Counted from the stretch's first letter, positions 1 to 9,846 are shown. The stretch: 64,000 nucleotides of DNA from a bacterium (GCA_037143195.1 JBAWZD010000001.1:16892-80891), one strand, 5' to 3'. Made by a program: numbers and translations. The notes: a model not told the origin generated them from the letters alone.

Positions 1-116
1 ATGATTTTTTGCGGTCGAGCGGAATGGTGCGGACGAGGGGAGGGCTTGTCTCCGCTGTGGTGAGGTTTTTTCATATATACGTACTATACCATTTTACATG
101 CCAAAAACACGATTTC

Positions 117-144
117 TTGCCTTTTTTCTGAATTCTGGTAGTAT
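117..144 (+). promoter_or_regulatory. Candidate sigma70 promoter for rpsP: TTGCCT-16 nt-TAGTAT
   Basis: Hexamers read directly at 117-122 and 139-144. The start codon at 156 implies a very short, near-leaderless 5' UTR. Confidence 0.3.
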
Positions 145-155
145 ACCTCTCACAT

Positions 156-461
156 ATGTTAATGATCCGAATGCAACGAATAGGTCGCAGGAACGAGGCG
201 CATTTCCGCATCGTTTTGACCGATCACAAGAACGCAGCAAAATCTGGTAAATTCCAGGAGATTCTTGGTGCCTACAACCCAAAGGCGGGCGAGGTTACTA
301 TCAAAGAAGATCGTGTAAAGCACTGGATGAGTGTTGGTGCTCAGCCATCTGACACCGTTTATAACTTCCTCGTCACAAAGGGTATCGTCGTCGGAAAGAA
401 AAAGAACGTACTCTCACGCAAGGCTCCTACAAAGAAGCGCAAAGAACTCAAAGCAGCGTAA
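156..461 (+). CDS. rpsP: 30S ribosomal protein S16
   Basis: The N-terminus MLMIRMQRIGRRNEAHFRIVLTDHKN...GKFQEILGAYNP aligns with the bS16 family N-terminus. Lys-rich C-terminal tail. Confidence 0.9.
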   Translation: MLMIRMQRIGRRNEAHFRIVLTDHKNAAKSGKFQEILGAYNPKAGEVTIKEDRVKHWMSVGAQPSDTVYNFLVTKGIVVGKKKNVLSRKAPTKKRKELKAA

Positions 462-496
462 GCGAAAAGCGGAAAAATAAAATACGCAGAAAAAAT

Positions 497-524
497 ACGG
501 TGAAATTGTTCACCGTATTTTTTT
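497..524. terminator. Intrinsic terminator hairpin (acggtgaa/ttcaccgt) followed by T8; the flanking A-run suggests it works in both directions
   Basis: Perfect 8-bp stem with a 4-nt loop and a T-run. It sits between convergent rpsP (+) and the 523..870 (-) ORF. Confidence 0.7.
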
Positions 525-870
525 AATTGTATCCTTCGTCGATTATGGCGTAACCATATGGTGGTGGTGCGCCGAGGGTGTTTACTTCAAAAGAATACGA
601 ATAGCTGTCAGTAGAGGTCTTCTTAATTTTTGCCGTTACAATATTTTGCCCTTTCATTGATTCATTCCACGTAAAAAATGTGTATTTTTTACGTGATTTT
701 CCAATTATTTTTAATTGGTTGTCAAATGCGACGATCGCATCAATTATTTCACCAAACGTGGAGAATTTCTTTAATTTTTTATCGTAAGCTTCTTTATCAA
801 GCCTTCCGTATATGAAGGTGCACGTAATTGGTTCTTGTGGCGTGGTAACCACTACCGATTCATTTTTCAT
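523..870 (-). CDS. Hypothetical protein, 115 aa, no recognisable domain
   Basis: ORF with its own upstream AT-rich region and a downstream terminator. No motif recognised. Confidence 0.45.
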   Translation of the reverse strand: MKNESVVVTTPQEPITCTFIYGRLDKEAYDKKLKKFSTFGEIIDAIVAFDNQLKIIGKSRKKYTFFTWNESMKGQNIVTAKIKKTSTDSYSYSFEVNTLGAPPPYGYAIIDEGYN

Positions 871-1184
871 GATTTATACAACGATTTTTTTTATATCGCC
901 CACTAAAAACCAATACTTCGGCATTCACTGGGCGATATATAAAATGTTGCGAACATGTTCTTTTTAAGGTGTGTCGAGGCGGAGCTGTCGTTTCCTATAC
1001 TTTACTGATTAAATTTATTTTGTCAATAACATCAATGGTATAACGATCGAGCTACAAACCTCGATCCTTTGAATTTTTTGCTTTTCAAAAACGCCGATTT
1101 GGGGTACTATGTTCTTTACGCGATAGGGTCGAAACTATTGCACAGTATATGTATTGCATTAACAGAATTTCAGTTTAGTACACC

Positions 1185-1496
1185 ATGGAACAGGATACAG
1201 CATTTCTTGAATACGTAGTAAAGGCACTCGTCGACAACCCTAATGATGTGAAGATCGAGCGTACCGTCGATGAGATGGGCGTGCTCGTCAAGCTCACCGT
1301 CAACCCCGCAGACATGGGCAAGATTATTGGTCGCCAAGGCAACACTGCCAAGGCCATTCGCACATTGCTCCGTGTTATCGGCATGAAGAACAATTCACGC
1401 GTCAATTTGAAAATCAACGAACCAGACGGCGGCACAAAGGCTGCTGGAATCGAAGAGACTTTCGATGAGGCTATGGCTGATTTGAAGAATATGTAA
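1185..1496 (+). CDS. KH-domain RNA-binding protein (KhpA/YlqC-like)
   Basis: Contains the GxxG KH motif (IIGRQGNTAKAIRTLL). It occupies the conserved position after rpsP seen in rpsP-ylqC-(rimM)-trmD operons. Confidence 0.8.
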   Translation: MEQDTAFLEYVVKALVDNPNDVKIERTVDEMGVLVKLTVNPADMGKIIGRQGNTAKAIRTLLRVIGMKNNSRVNLKINEPDGGTKAAGIEETFDEAMADLKNM

Positions 1497-1524
1497 TCAA
1501 AAGTAAGAATATCTTACAAAAAAA

Positions 1525-1556
1525 ACACACAACGGAATTTCCGTTGTGTTTTTTTG
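1525..1556 (+). terminator. Intrinsic terminator
   Basis: Perfect 10-bp stem acacaacgga/tccgttgtgt at 1527-1536 and 1540-1549, followed by T7. Confidence 0.75.
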
Positions 1557-1622
1557 TGGCAGGGTAGTTTACTTGTGTATCTAAAATGGAATGGTTACAA
1601 TTAGATTTATTACTATTATCCC

Positions 1623-2999
1623 TTGCGAACTTTAGGTAAGTCCGTAAGTCAGTATGCTATGAGTTTTTGGAATAATCCCGAAAATAACGCGTTAAAAGTT
1701 TTGTTACTTGTCGTTGTGTTAGCGGGCGCTGGTATTTTTGTAGTGAACGATGCTCATTCAGGGACAGGAAATGCAACTGGTCAGGTTATTGGCTCATCGA
1801 GTACACAAATTCCCGCAGGAATGCTTCCGCCCGGTGTCGGAGCGGTGAGTTCCATTGGAGTGCCAGTGAATGCTCCAACAACTCAGAGTGGTTCGACAAG
1901 TTCAGGAACAACAACGGGAGGCACAGGTGCGGGCACTACCGGTGGCGCGGGCGCGAGTGGGACTGGTGCGACACCACCAGCCGCAACACTTTTTCCAGCG
2001 ATTAACATCGGAGCGAATCCAACTGGATCACTCGCTTCGGCAATGAAAGTCTTGTACGTTCAAGGAACTTCAGTTTTTGCTGGGGGAATAGGTATTCGTG
2101 GACAGCTCGGCATCGCACAAAACGATGGTAGTACGATTCCAACAAGTACTCCTGGGTACAATACTATCTACGTGCAAGGTGTTCCTGTTTGTTTGAGAGA
2201 TGGTTCAAACTGTCCTCAATCAGGCGCTTCGATGGGATCAAACAATGCAGGGGCAGCAACTGTTTCCTCATCTGTTTTGCCATTTACTTCAAAGGGGCCA
2301 ATTACTTCACAAGGTGCATGGATTGGCTGGAACAATCTTACTGGAGGTACCGGAGAAACAGATTTCATCAATAGTAAAGGCGAGGGTAAGGGAGGTTTCG
2401 CATTTATGAATGGAGGTAATGGTAGCCCATCTGCATCATCTGAGAAAGTTCTCGGTACGCTCGATGACACAGGTACATTGTCTGTTCCTGGTTCAGTAAA
2501 TGCTTTGAATGAATCTCATTTTGGAGTCAACGGAAAATATATTGATCCAGTACCAGGTGTTCCTGTCGCATTGAAGGCGAATTCTATTGCCACAGGAAAA
2601 TTGCTTGTGGATGGCGAAATACCAATCATGCGTATTAATCCCGCATGTTTTGAGGGTCACCAGCAATGGGTTACAAAGTTCCCAGTTCCGATGCGTTCAT
2701 CGAATCTTGGATTGTTGGTTGCTGTAGTTGATATTCCATTTGGTATTATCGCTTCGATTGCGAATATTTCACAAAATATATTCAATGTAGTTTTTAACGG
2801 AGGAACGAATTGGAACGATGATCTGCTAAAATCTTCAGTTATACTCACAACAGATACAGGTTGTACAAACAAGTATGGAACATATTATAAAAACATCGAC
2901 TACGGAGTTTTTGGGTTCGTTATCCCAGGTATTCCTCCAAAGGATGCTGGAGCTGATGTAATTAAGGGCTATAGTGTGCTCGGTACGGATCATAAATAA
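1623..2999 (+). CDS. Secreted or membrane-anchored Gly/Ser/Thr-rich surface protein
   Basis: N-terminal hydrophobic helix (KVLLLVVVLAGAGIFVV) followed by low-complexity G/T/S-rich sequence. The start codon is uncertain; an internal Met lies at 1656. Confidence 0.6.
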   Translation: MRTLGKSVSQYAMSFWNNPENNALKVLLLVVVLAGAGIFVVNDAHSGTGNATGQVIGSSSTQIPAGMLPPGVGAVSSIGVPVNAPTTQSGSTSSGTTTGGTGAGTTGGAGASGTGATPPAATLFPAINIGANPTGSLASAMKVLYVQGTSVFAGGIGIRGQLGIAQNDGSTIPTSTPGYNTIYVQGVPVCLRDGSNCPQSGASMGSNNAGAATVSSSVLPFTSKGPITSQGAWIGWNNLTGGTGETDFINSKGEGKGGFAFMNGGNGSPSASSEKVLGTLDDTGTLSVPGSVNALNESHFGVNGKYIDPVPGVPVALKANSIATGKLLVDGEIPIMRINPACFEGHQQWVTKFPVPMRSSNLGLLVAVVDIPFGIIASIANISQNIFNVVFNGGTNWNDDLLKSSVILTTDTGCTNKYGTYYKNIDYGVFGFVIPGIPPKDAGADVIKGYSVLGTDHK

Positions 3000-3014
3000 A
3001 GAGACAGAGGCGAG

Positions 3015-3048
3015 AAAAAAGGCCGCGCGTACGCGCGGCCTTTTGTAT
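3015..3048 (+). terminator. Intrinsic terminator, GC-rich palindrome ggccgcgcgt/acgcgcggcc plus T4
   Basis: Perfect 20-nt palindrome at 3021-3040 followed by tttt. Confidence 0.7.
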
Positions 3049-3115
3049 TTGCGTATTCAAGGAAATAGTGTTACTGTTGTAGGGTAATTGGCCCCACGGG
3101 GCTCTTATTTTATAT

Positions 3116-4909
3116 ATGGACAAAAAAGACATCAGAAATATAGCTATTATCGCGCACGTTGACCACGGCAAGACCACTCTTACCGATGCTCTTTTGAAGT
3201 TTACAGGAGCTGTCGACGCAACCGCTTCAAGTATGGATTCGAACGACCTTGAAAAGGAACGTGGTATCACGATCTATTCCAAGAACTGTTCGCTCATGTA
3301 CAAGGGTACAAAAATCAACATTGTTGATACACCAGGACACGCCGACTTCGGTTCTGAAGTTGAACGTGTGCTTCGCTCGATCGACACCGTCCTCCTCATT
3401 GTCGATGCGCAAGAAGGTCCAATGCCACAGACACGATTCGTGCTCAAGAAGTCACTCGAACTCGGGCTCAAGCCAATCGTCGTCGTCAACAAAATCGACA
3501 AACCAGCTGCAAACCCAGAACAAGTTCACGAGCAAGTCCTCGAACTCTTCCTCGAACTCGGAGCAAACGATGAACAGCTCGATTTCAAAACTGTTTTTGC
3601 AATCGGCCGACAGGGCATAGCAAAACGTAATCTTACCGATGATTCAAAAGATCTCGCACCGCTCCTTGATATGGTGCTTGAGCTCGTCCCATCTGCAACT
3701 CGCGACGTGAATGCTCCTGCATGTGCACAAGTATTCAACCTTGCGTATGACTCATTCCTCGGACGTCTCGCCATCGCGCGTGTCTACGATGGAACACTCA
3801 AAGATGGATCAACAATTTTTGTAAAACACGGAGATACAACACGTCAGGCGAAAATTACAAAAATGTTTTCGTTCATTGGACAGAAACGTGAGCCAGTCTC
3901 TGAACTCGTTTCAGGAGACATTGGTATCGTTGCTGGTATCTCAGATGTTTACATCGGAGAAACAATTGCCGGAGACAATTCTGTCACTGCGCTTCCAACA
4001 ATCTCCATCGACGAACCAACAATCACACTCAGTTTCCTCGTGAACGACTCACCATTCGCAGGACGCGATGGTAAATTCGTCACTTCACGTCAGATTCGTG
4101 ATCGTCTCGAACGCGAGCTTCAGGTCAACGTTGGACTCAAAGTCGACTTCGATTCTGAAGCAACATTTCAGGTGTCCGGTCGTGGAGAACTCCACATCGC
4201 CGTTCTTCTTGAACAAATGCGCCGTGAAGGATTTGAAATGCAAGTCTCACAGCCAAAGGCAATCACCAAAGAAATTGATGGTGTAAAAAACGAACCATTC
4301 GAAGAGGCAACAATCGACGTTCCAATGGAATTCTCTGGAGCTGTTATCGAAACACTGACGAAGCGTCGCGGATTGCTCACTTCAATGACAGAAAAAGAAG
4401 GTATCGCGCGTATTCTCATCGAAATTCCAACTCGTGGATTGCTCGGTTACCGAAACCAATTCGTGATTGACACCAAGGGAGAGGGAATTCTTGCTTCACG
4501 TGTGATCGGATTCCGTCCATGGGCAGGTGAAATCAAGAAGAAGGAAGTTGGCGCCATGATCTCGATGATTTCTGGTTCAGCTGCTGGATTCTCGATTTGG
4601 AATCTTCAGGATCGTGGCACGATGTATATCGTCCACAATACGGAAGTTTACGAAGGAATGATCGTTGGAAACACCTCAAAGGGTGAAGACATGATGGTGA
4701 ACCCAATCAAAGGAAAGGCGCTCTCAAACGTTCGTGCTTCGGGAAGTGATGAGGCTATGTATCTCAACCCAGCATGGGAACTCACGATAGAACGTGGTCT
4801 TGAAGTTATGAACCACGACGAATATCTCGAAGTTACTCCGCACTTTGTACGCTTGCGTAAGAAGTTGCTCACAGAGACTGAGCGCTCACGCGGATCACGA
4901 AATCAATAA
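3116..4909 (+). CDS. typA: Translational GTPase TypA/BipA
   Basis: G-domain AHVDHGKTTL, DTPGHADF and NKID motifs. Length of 597 aa and EF-G-like domain order match BipA. Confidence 0.9.
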   Translation: MDKKDIRNIAIIAHVDHGKTTLTDALLKFTGAVDATASSMDSNDLEKERGITIYSKNCSLMYKGTKINIVDTPGHADFGSEVERVLRSIDTVLLIVDAQEGPMPQTRFVLKKSLELGLKPIVVVNKIDKPAANPEQVHEQVLELFLELGANDEQLDFKTVFAIGRQGIAKRNLTDDSKDLAPLLDMVLELVPSATRDVNAPACAQVFNLAYDSFLGRLAIARVYDGTLKDGSTIFVKHGDTTRQAKITKMFSFIGQKREPVSELVSGDIGIVAGISDVYIGETIAGDNSVTALPTISIDEPTITLSFLVNDSPFAGRDGKFVTSRQIRDRLERELQVNVGLKVDFDSEATFQVSGRGELHIAVLLEQMRREGFEMQVSQPKAITKEIDGVKNEPFEEATIDVPMEFSGAVIETLTKRRGLLTSMTEKEGIARILIEIPTRGLLGYRNQFVIDTKGEGILASRVIGFRPWAGEIKKKEVGAMISMISGSAAGFSIWNLQDRGTMYIVHNTEVYEGMIVGNTSKGEDMMVNPIKGKALSNVRASGSDEAMYLNPAWELTIERGLEVMNHDEYLEVTPHFVRLRKKLLTETERSRGSRNQ

Positions 4910-4917
4910 TTATAAGT

Positions 4918-4946
4918 GAAAAATTCCGCTTACGCGGAATTTTTTA
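4918..4946 (+). terminator. Intrinsic terminator after typA
   Basis: Stem aattccgc/gcggaatt with loop ttac, followed by T5. Confidence 0.7.
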
Positions 4947-4950
4947 TAAC

Positions 4951-4959
4951 TGGTATAAT
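4951..4959 (+). promoter_or_regulatory. Extended -10 element (TGgTATAAT) for the nitroreductase gene
   Basis: TGnTATAAT read at 4951-4959, 8 nt upstream of the ATG at 4967. Confidence 0.4.
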
Positions 4960-4966
4960 AAAAAAT

Positions 4967-5587
4967 ATGTCATTCATCAACAATCTCAACTGGCGTTACG
5001 CCACCAAACAATTTAATGGAAAAATCGTCGGTGATGTGCAACTCGACACGATTCTTGAAGCGATTCGTCTCGCTCCTTCCGCCACGGGCATGCAACCGTA
5101 CCATGTTGTTGTCGCACGTGGGGCAATGAAAGACACATTGATCGAATCGTCAGGGCAAGTCGCAAAGCTTGGCGCTTCGCATCTTCTCGTATTTTGTTCT
5201 CGTACAGATTATCCAGCGCGCGCAGAAGCGCAGATTGCGAATACCGCACAAGTACAAGGTGTTAGCGCTGAATCACTTGAAGGTTTGAAAAAAATGGTCT
5301 GGATGTCATTTGAATCGCGAACTCCTGAGAAGCTCCTTGCATGGGCAGAACGACAAGTCTATATCGCACTCGGATTTGCGCTCGCGGCCTGTGCCGAACT
5401 TGAGATTGATGCAGCTCCGATGGAAGGATTCAAACCCGATGCATTTCGTGAAATACTTGGATTACCAGAATACATTCGCCCTGTTGTCATTATGGCGATT
5501 GGTCATCGTGATCCAGAAGACTCTGCTCAGCCGAGCAAGCGCGCGAAGGTACGGTTTCCGAAAGACGACCTCTTTTCGTTTCGATAA
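4967..5587 (+). CDS. Nitroreductase-family (NAD(P)H-flavin oxidoreductase) protein
   Basis: Nitroreductase-fold signature (RYATKQF...LEAIRLAPSATGMQPYHVVV). The ORF-track GTG at 4916 was rejected because the typA terminator hairpin lies inside that extension. Confidence 0.75.
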   Translation: MSFINNLNWRYATKQFNGKIVGDVQLDTILEAIRLAPSATGMQPYHVVVARGAMKDTLIESSGQVAKLGASHLLVFCSRTDYPARAEAQIANTAQVQGVSAESLEGLKKMVWMSFESRTPEKLLAWAERQVYIALGFALAACAELEIDAAPMEGFKPDAFREILGLPEYIRPVVIMAIGHRDPEDSAQPSKRAKVRFPKDDLFSFR

Positions 5588-5630
5588 AACGCTTTATTAT
5601 TCACTATTCAATTGATATACTAACGTACAC

Positions 5631-7166
5631 ATGAAAAATATTTTTCTTTCGATTAAGACATATTATCAGTCTCACCCAAAACGATTTTGGGTACTTGGTG
5701 CGATTATCTTCGTTGCTGTTTTGTACTCGATATTCCATACAACACCAAGCACCGTTACGGTCTATCCAGTCGCAAAAGCCGACTTACAATCCACGATTCT
5801 TGCCACAGGACAAGTGACGAGTGCGACTGATTTGAGTTTGTCATTCTCTGCAAGTGGAACGATTGATACGCTTCCTGTGTCAGTCGGTGACCGAGTCTCG
5901 CAGGGTCAAATCATTGCAACACTCAACAACGCAAGTGAATTTGCTTCGCTCAAATCTGCGCAAGCGAATTATCAAAAAGTTGTTGAAGGATCATCAAACG
6001 AAGAAATCGCTGTCGCTCAAGCATCACTTGATTCAGCGCGATCAAGCCTTGAAAGCGCAAAAAAAGTACAAGACAATTTGGTTGCGAGTGCGTATTCAGC
6101 AATGTTAAACAGTGATTTGGCACCTGAAACCGTATCAGGTTCAAGCACTGTTGCACCACTTTTGTCAGGAACGTATACAGGAAGTACACAGGGAGTCTAT
6201 ACGATAACCACATATTCGACAGGGAATGGAGGATACTTTTCATATGATGGAATCGAATCTGGAACTGGTCAAATTAATTCTGGCGCTGCGACTGCACTTG
6301 GAACACGTGGACTTTTTGTTCAATTCCCCTCGAGTGATTCGTTTGGAACGAATACATCGTGGAAGGTTACAATCCCAAATACAAAATCACCAAACTATCT
6401 TACTCGCTACAACGCATATCAAGACGCACTTAAGACACAAGACAGTGTCGTGACGGCAGCACAAGCAGCTGTGGTACAAGCGCAGGCGAATCTTGATTTG
6501 AAAAAGGCAGGTGCACGCTCAGCTGATCTTGCAATCGCAAACGCGCAAGTTCTTGCGGCACAGGCGACCTATGACAAAACAATCATTCGCGCTCCTGCAA
6601 GTGGAACTGTCGTTCACGTCGATTCAAAAATTGGTGAACAGGCAAAAGCGCAACAAGAAGTCGTAACGATTCAAGATGTTGGCAATTTGTATGTAGAAGC
6701 AAACATCAACGAAACAAACATCGCGCGAGTTGCTCTTGGTCAGCCAGTCAAAATGACGCTGGATGCTTTTGGTCCTGATACGATTTTTACCGGATCAGTG
6801 ATTCATATTGATCCATCATCAACGACAGCAGATGGAGTAGTGAACTACGTTATCAAGGCATCAATTCAAAACCCAGTATGCAAGGGCACGGATGTTTGCG
6901 TTAATCTCGTCAAAGACAAAGTTCGCCCTGGTATGAACGCAAACATGACTATCACTGCATGGGACAAACCTGACGCGATTGCCGTACCGAAGGCTGCTGT
7001 TATCAAAGAGAGTGACGGAACAACAAGCGTGAATGTGATTGTTGACGACAAGACAGGCGAATACAAAAAACAAAGCATCGTAACAGGGCTCGTTGGTGAT
7101 GGTGAACTCATTGAAGTCGTGAGTGGTCTCTCTGGCGGAGAGAAGATTGCAGTTGGTGCGAAGTAA
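5631..7166 (+). CDS. Efflux periplasmic adaptor (HlyD/MacA membrane-fusion family) carrying an extra ~100-aa inserted Gly/Thr-rich module
   Basis: N-terminal transmembrane anchor, lipoyl/beta-barrel MFP motifs (GTIDTLPVSVGDRVSQGQIIATL ... ASGTVVHVDSKIGEQ) and coiled-coil segments. Sits upstream of an FtsX permease and an ABC ATPase. Confidence 0.8.
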   Translation: MKNIFLSIKTYYQSHPKRFWVLGAIIFVAVLYSIFHTTPSTVTVYPVAKADLQSTILATGQVTSATDLSLSFSASGTIDTLPVSVGDRVSQGQIIATLNNASEFASLKSAQANYQKVVEGSSNEEIAVAQASLDSARSSLESAKKVQDNLVASAYSAMLNSDLAPETVSGSSTVAPLLSGTYTGSTQGVYTITTYSTGNGGYFSYDGIESGTGQINSGAATALGTRGLFVQFPSSDSFGTNTSWKVTIPNTKSPNYLTRYNAYQDALKTQDSVVTAAQAAVVQAQANLDLKKAGARSADLAIANAQVLAAQATYDKTIIRAPASGTVVHVDSKIGEQAKAQQEVVTIQDVGNLYVEANINETNIARVALGQPVKMTLDAFGPDTIFTGSVIHIDPSSTTADGVVNYVIKASIQNPVCKGTDVCVNLVKDKVRPGMNANMTITAWDKPDAIAVPKAAVIKESDGTTSVNVIVDDKTGEYKKQSIVTGLVGDGELIEVVSGLSGGEKIAVGAK

Positions 7167-7169
7167 CTT

Positions 7170-8447
7170 ATGGCGGACCGCACACGCATCGAAAATTCAT
7201 TTTCCCAAAACATCAAAGTCGGTTGGTATCTCGCCAAGCGCGATGTTAAACGTGCCAATATTTGGACGACTGCACTTATCGTTCTTGTGATGACATTTAC
7301 ATTCCTGAACCTTGTTGTCGTTTCAGGAATCTTGATTGGATTGATCCAAGGATCAGAAGATGCTCAAAAAAAATATGCCATTGGAGATATTGTTATTTCC
7401 TCATTTCTTGACCACGCGTTTATCGAACAATCCCCAAAAGTAGCAGATATTGCGCGAACGATTCCTGGCTTTAAGGATGAGACTGTCCGATATAGTGGTT
7501 CGGCAAAAGTTGAGAGTGACTATCGCAAGACACTTGCGCCAGGGCAGATTGCCGACGGAGCAGGAGGTTCGTTTCTCGGTATCGATCCTGTCGAGGAAGA
7601 AAAATTTTCCGGTGTCTCGAAGTTTATTATCCGTGGTCAATATTTGACCCCAGAAGATCAGGATAGTGTTTTGATTGGAAAAAATTTGCTCTATGAATTT
7701 ACTCCTATTGATGCTCCAGGATTTCAGACACTCAAAAACGTTTCTATCGGATCGCGCATTCGTATTACGGTAGGAAACAACCAAAAAGAATATTATGTAA
7801 AAGGAATTGTTTCTTCGAAAGTTGATGTGTTTGATACATCGGTGATTGGTCTTGCAAGCGAAGTACGCAAGATGACAGGACGAACCGATCTCAATGCGTC
7901 ATCGATTGCAATTCAGCTCGTACCGGGGACTGACCCAATCGCAGCAAAGCAATTTTTGCTCGCAAGCGGTGTTGGATCGTATGCCCGTGTACAAACAGCA
8001 GATGAGGCGTTTCCAAAATTCTTGCAGGATATCAAGACAACATTCGCTATCCTTGGAAACGCGATTAGTGGTATTGGTTTGATTGTTGCATCGATTACCA
8101 TCTTCATCGTTATTTTCGTCAACGCAATTACTCGACGCAGATTCATTGGAATCTTGAAGGGGATTGGTATCAATCGTCGTGCAATTTTGTATTCATACAT
8201 GTTTCAGGCACTGATGTATGCACTCATCGGCGTGACGATTGGGATGCTTCTTGTGTTTGTGATTATCAAACCATATTTCACAGCGCACCCAATCAATTTT
8301 CCGTTCTCTGATGGTATTCTCGTGGCAACAGTCTCAGGTACATTCTTGCGTGCAGGTATTCTGATGGTGACGACAATCATCGCTGGATACATTCCTGCAC
8401 GTATCGTTATTAAGCAAAATACATTGAGCGCAATTCTCGGAAGATAA
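7170..8447 (+). CDS. ABC transporter permease, FtsX/MacB-like
   Basis: N-terminal transmembrane segment, a large extracytoplasmic domain and a C-terminal three-TM FtsX-type bundle. Translationally coupled to the neighbouring genes. Confidence 0.8.
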   Translation: MADRTRIENSFSQNIKVGWYLAKRDVKRANIWTTALIVLVMTFTFLNLVVVSGILIGLIQGSEDAQKKYAIGDIVISSFLDHAFIEQSPKVADIARTIPGFKDETVRYSGSAKVESDYRKTLAPGQIADGAGGSFLGIDPVEEEKFSGVSKFIIRGQYLTPEDQDSVLIGKNLLYEFTPIDAPGFQTLKNVSIGSRIRITVGNNQKEYYVKGIVSSKVDVFDTSVIGLASEVRKMTGRTDLNASSIAIQLVPGTDPIAAKQFLLASGVGSYARVQTADEAFPKFLQDIKTTFAILGNAISGIGLIVASITIFIVIFVNAITRRRFIGILKGIGINRRAILYSYMFQALMYALIGVTIGMLLVFVIIKPYFTAHPINFPFSDGILVATVSGTFLRAGILMVTTIIAGYIPARIVIKQNTLSAILGR

Positions 8448-8448
8448 T

Positions 8449-9129
8449 ATGATACAAGCAAAAAATCTCACCAAAATATTTACCTCTGGCGAACAACGAA
8501 TCGTTGCGCTTGATAACCTCACCTTTAGTGTGCCAGAAGGACAATTTCTCACAGTCACGGGAAAATCTGGTTCCGGAAAATCGACTCTGCTCTACCAGCT
8601 CGGACTTCTTGATTTGCCATCGAGCGGGGAAGTGCTCATCGATGGAGTGGACATGGTCCCTGTGTCTGAGAACGAACGCACGATGACACGCTTGAATGAC
8701 CTTGGATATATTTTTCAGGACTACGCCATTATTCCGTCGCTTACTGCGCTTGAAAATACTGTCGTGCCACTCTTGATGCAAGGATATCCGCTTCCGGAAG
8801 CAGAAGAAAAGGCAAAGAAAGCGCTCATTCGTGTCGGACTTGGTGATCGTATGAACAATCTTCCGAGTCAGCTTTCTGGCGGACAGCAACAGCGTGTCGC
8901 AATTGCTCGCGCAATCGGTCACAGTCCAAAAATTATTTTTGCCGATGAACCAACTGCCAACCTCGACTCAGAAACATCTGACCAAGTGATCCAAACGTTC
9001 ATCGACCTCAACAAAGAAGGGCAGACTATCGTCATGGTGACCCACGAGCCGGAATATGCTAAATTGGCGCACCGCACAATCACGATGGCTGACGGCAAAG
9101 TCTTGAGTGATGTTATGAACAAAAAATAA
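8449..9129 (+). CDS. ABC transporter ATP-binding protein (MacB/LolD-type)
   Basis: Walker A (GKSGSGKST), ABC signature (LSGGQQQRVAIARA) and Walker B (IIFADEPT). Confidence 0.9.
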   Translation: MIQAKNLTKIFTSGEQRIVALDNLTFSVPEGQFLTVTGKSGSGKSTLLYQLGLLDLPSSGEVLIDGVDMVPVSENERTMTRLNDLGYIFQDYAIIPSLTALENTVVPLLMQGYPLPEAEEKAKKALIRVGLGDRMNNLPSQLSGGQQQRVAIARAIGHSPKIIFADEPTANLDSETSDQVIQTFIDLNKEGQTIVMVTHEPEYAKLAHRTITMADGKVLSDVMNKK

Positions 9130-9144
9130 AAGTCCGTATCCACC

Positions 9145-9846
9145 ATGCATTTCTACGTTATTACACTCTTTCCCGAAGCATTTGATTCATACCTCAAAGA
9201 ATCGGTCATCGGTCGTGCGATCAAAGAAAAACGGATCAAAGTCACGTTTGTGAATCCGCGCATGTTCGTCTCAGGCAAGAAGTACAAGCGCGTGTGGCCC
9301 GACGGCAACGTATCGCGTATTGTTGACGATCGACCATTCGGTGGAGGCCCAGGGATGATTATTCGAGCTGAGCCAGTCCTTAAGGCTGTCGAAAGTGTTG
9401 CAAAAAAAATTGCAAAAAAAGAAAAGAGAAAAGTAAAAATCATTCACTTTAGTCCGAGTGGAACAAAATTCACGACGAGTTACGCAAAAACGACGATGAA
9501 AAAATATACCGATGTTGTGATGCTCTGTGGAAGATATGAGGGGATCGATGCGCGAGTCGCAAAGATACTGAAAGCCGAAGACGTCTCAATCGGAGATTAC
9601 GTCCTCACGGGAGGGGAGCTTCCTGCCATGGTGCTCATTGATTCGATGTCCCGACAAATCCCTGGTGTGCTCGGCACATTTGATTCGCTCGAAGAAGAGC
9701 GTGTCTCATCGAGCGAATTTTACACACGCCCAGAAGTGCTCGAATGGAAAAAGAAAAAATATGCAGTGCCACCCGTCCTCCTCTCCGGCGACCACAAGAA
9801 AATCGAAGAATGGAAAATGGAGCACAATAAAAAAGAACCACTCTAG
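9145..9846 (+). CDS. trmD: tRNA (guanine37-N1)-methyltransferase
   Basis: MHFYVITLFPEAF ... FGGGPGM ... GRYEGIDARV motifs of the SPOUT-class TrmD. Confidence 0.9.
   Translation: MHFYVITLFPEAFDSYLKESVIGRAIKEKRIKVTFVNPRMFVSGKKYKRVWPDGNVSRIVDDRPFGGGPGMIIRAEPVLKAVESVAKKIAKKEKRKVKIIHFSPSGTKFTTSYAKTTMKKYTDVVMLCGRYEGIDARVAKILKAEDVSIGDYVLTGGELPAMVLIDSMSRQIPGVLGTFDSLEEERVSSSEFYTRPEVLEWKKKKYAVPPVLLSGDHKKIEEWKMEHNKKEPL

Noticed and set aside
1-155. Possible 3' end of an RNA gene (for example SRP RNA) or an ffh C-terminus upstream of rpsP
   Set aside because: No convincing conserved SRP motif or open frame is visible. Only a weak hairpin and a promoter-like sequence.
3249-3620. 123-aa Ser-rich plus-strand ORF
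   Set aside because: Alternative frame inside typA.
4916-4966. GTG-initiated N-terminal extension of the nitroreductase ORF
   Set aside because: The extension contains the typA terminator hairpin and an extended -10 box. The ATG at 4967 is the credible start.
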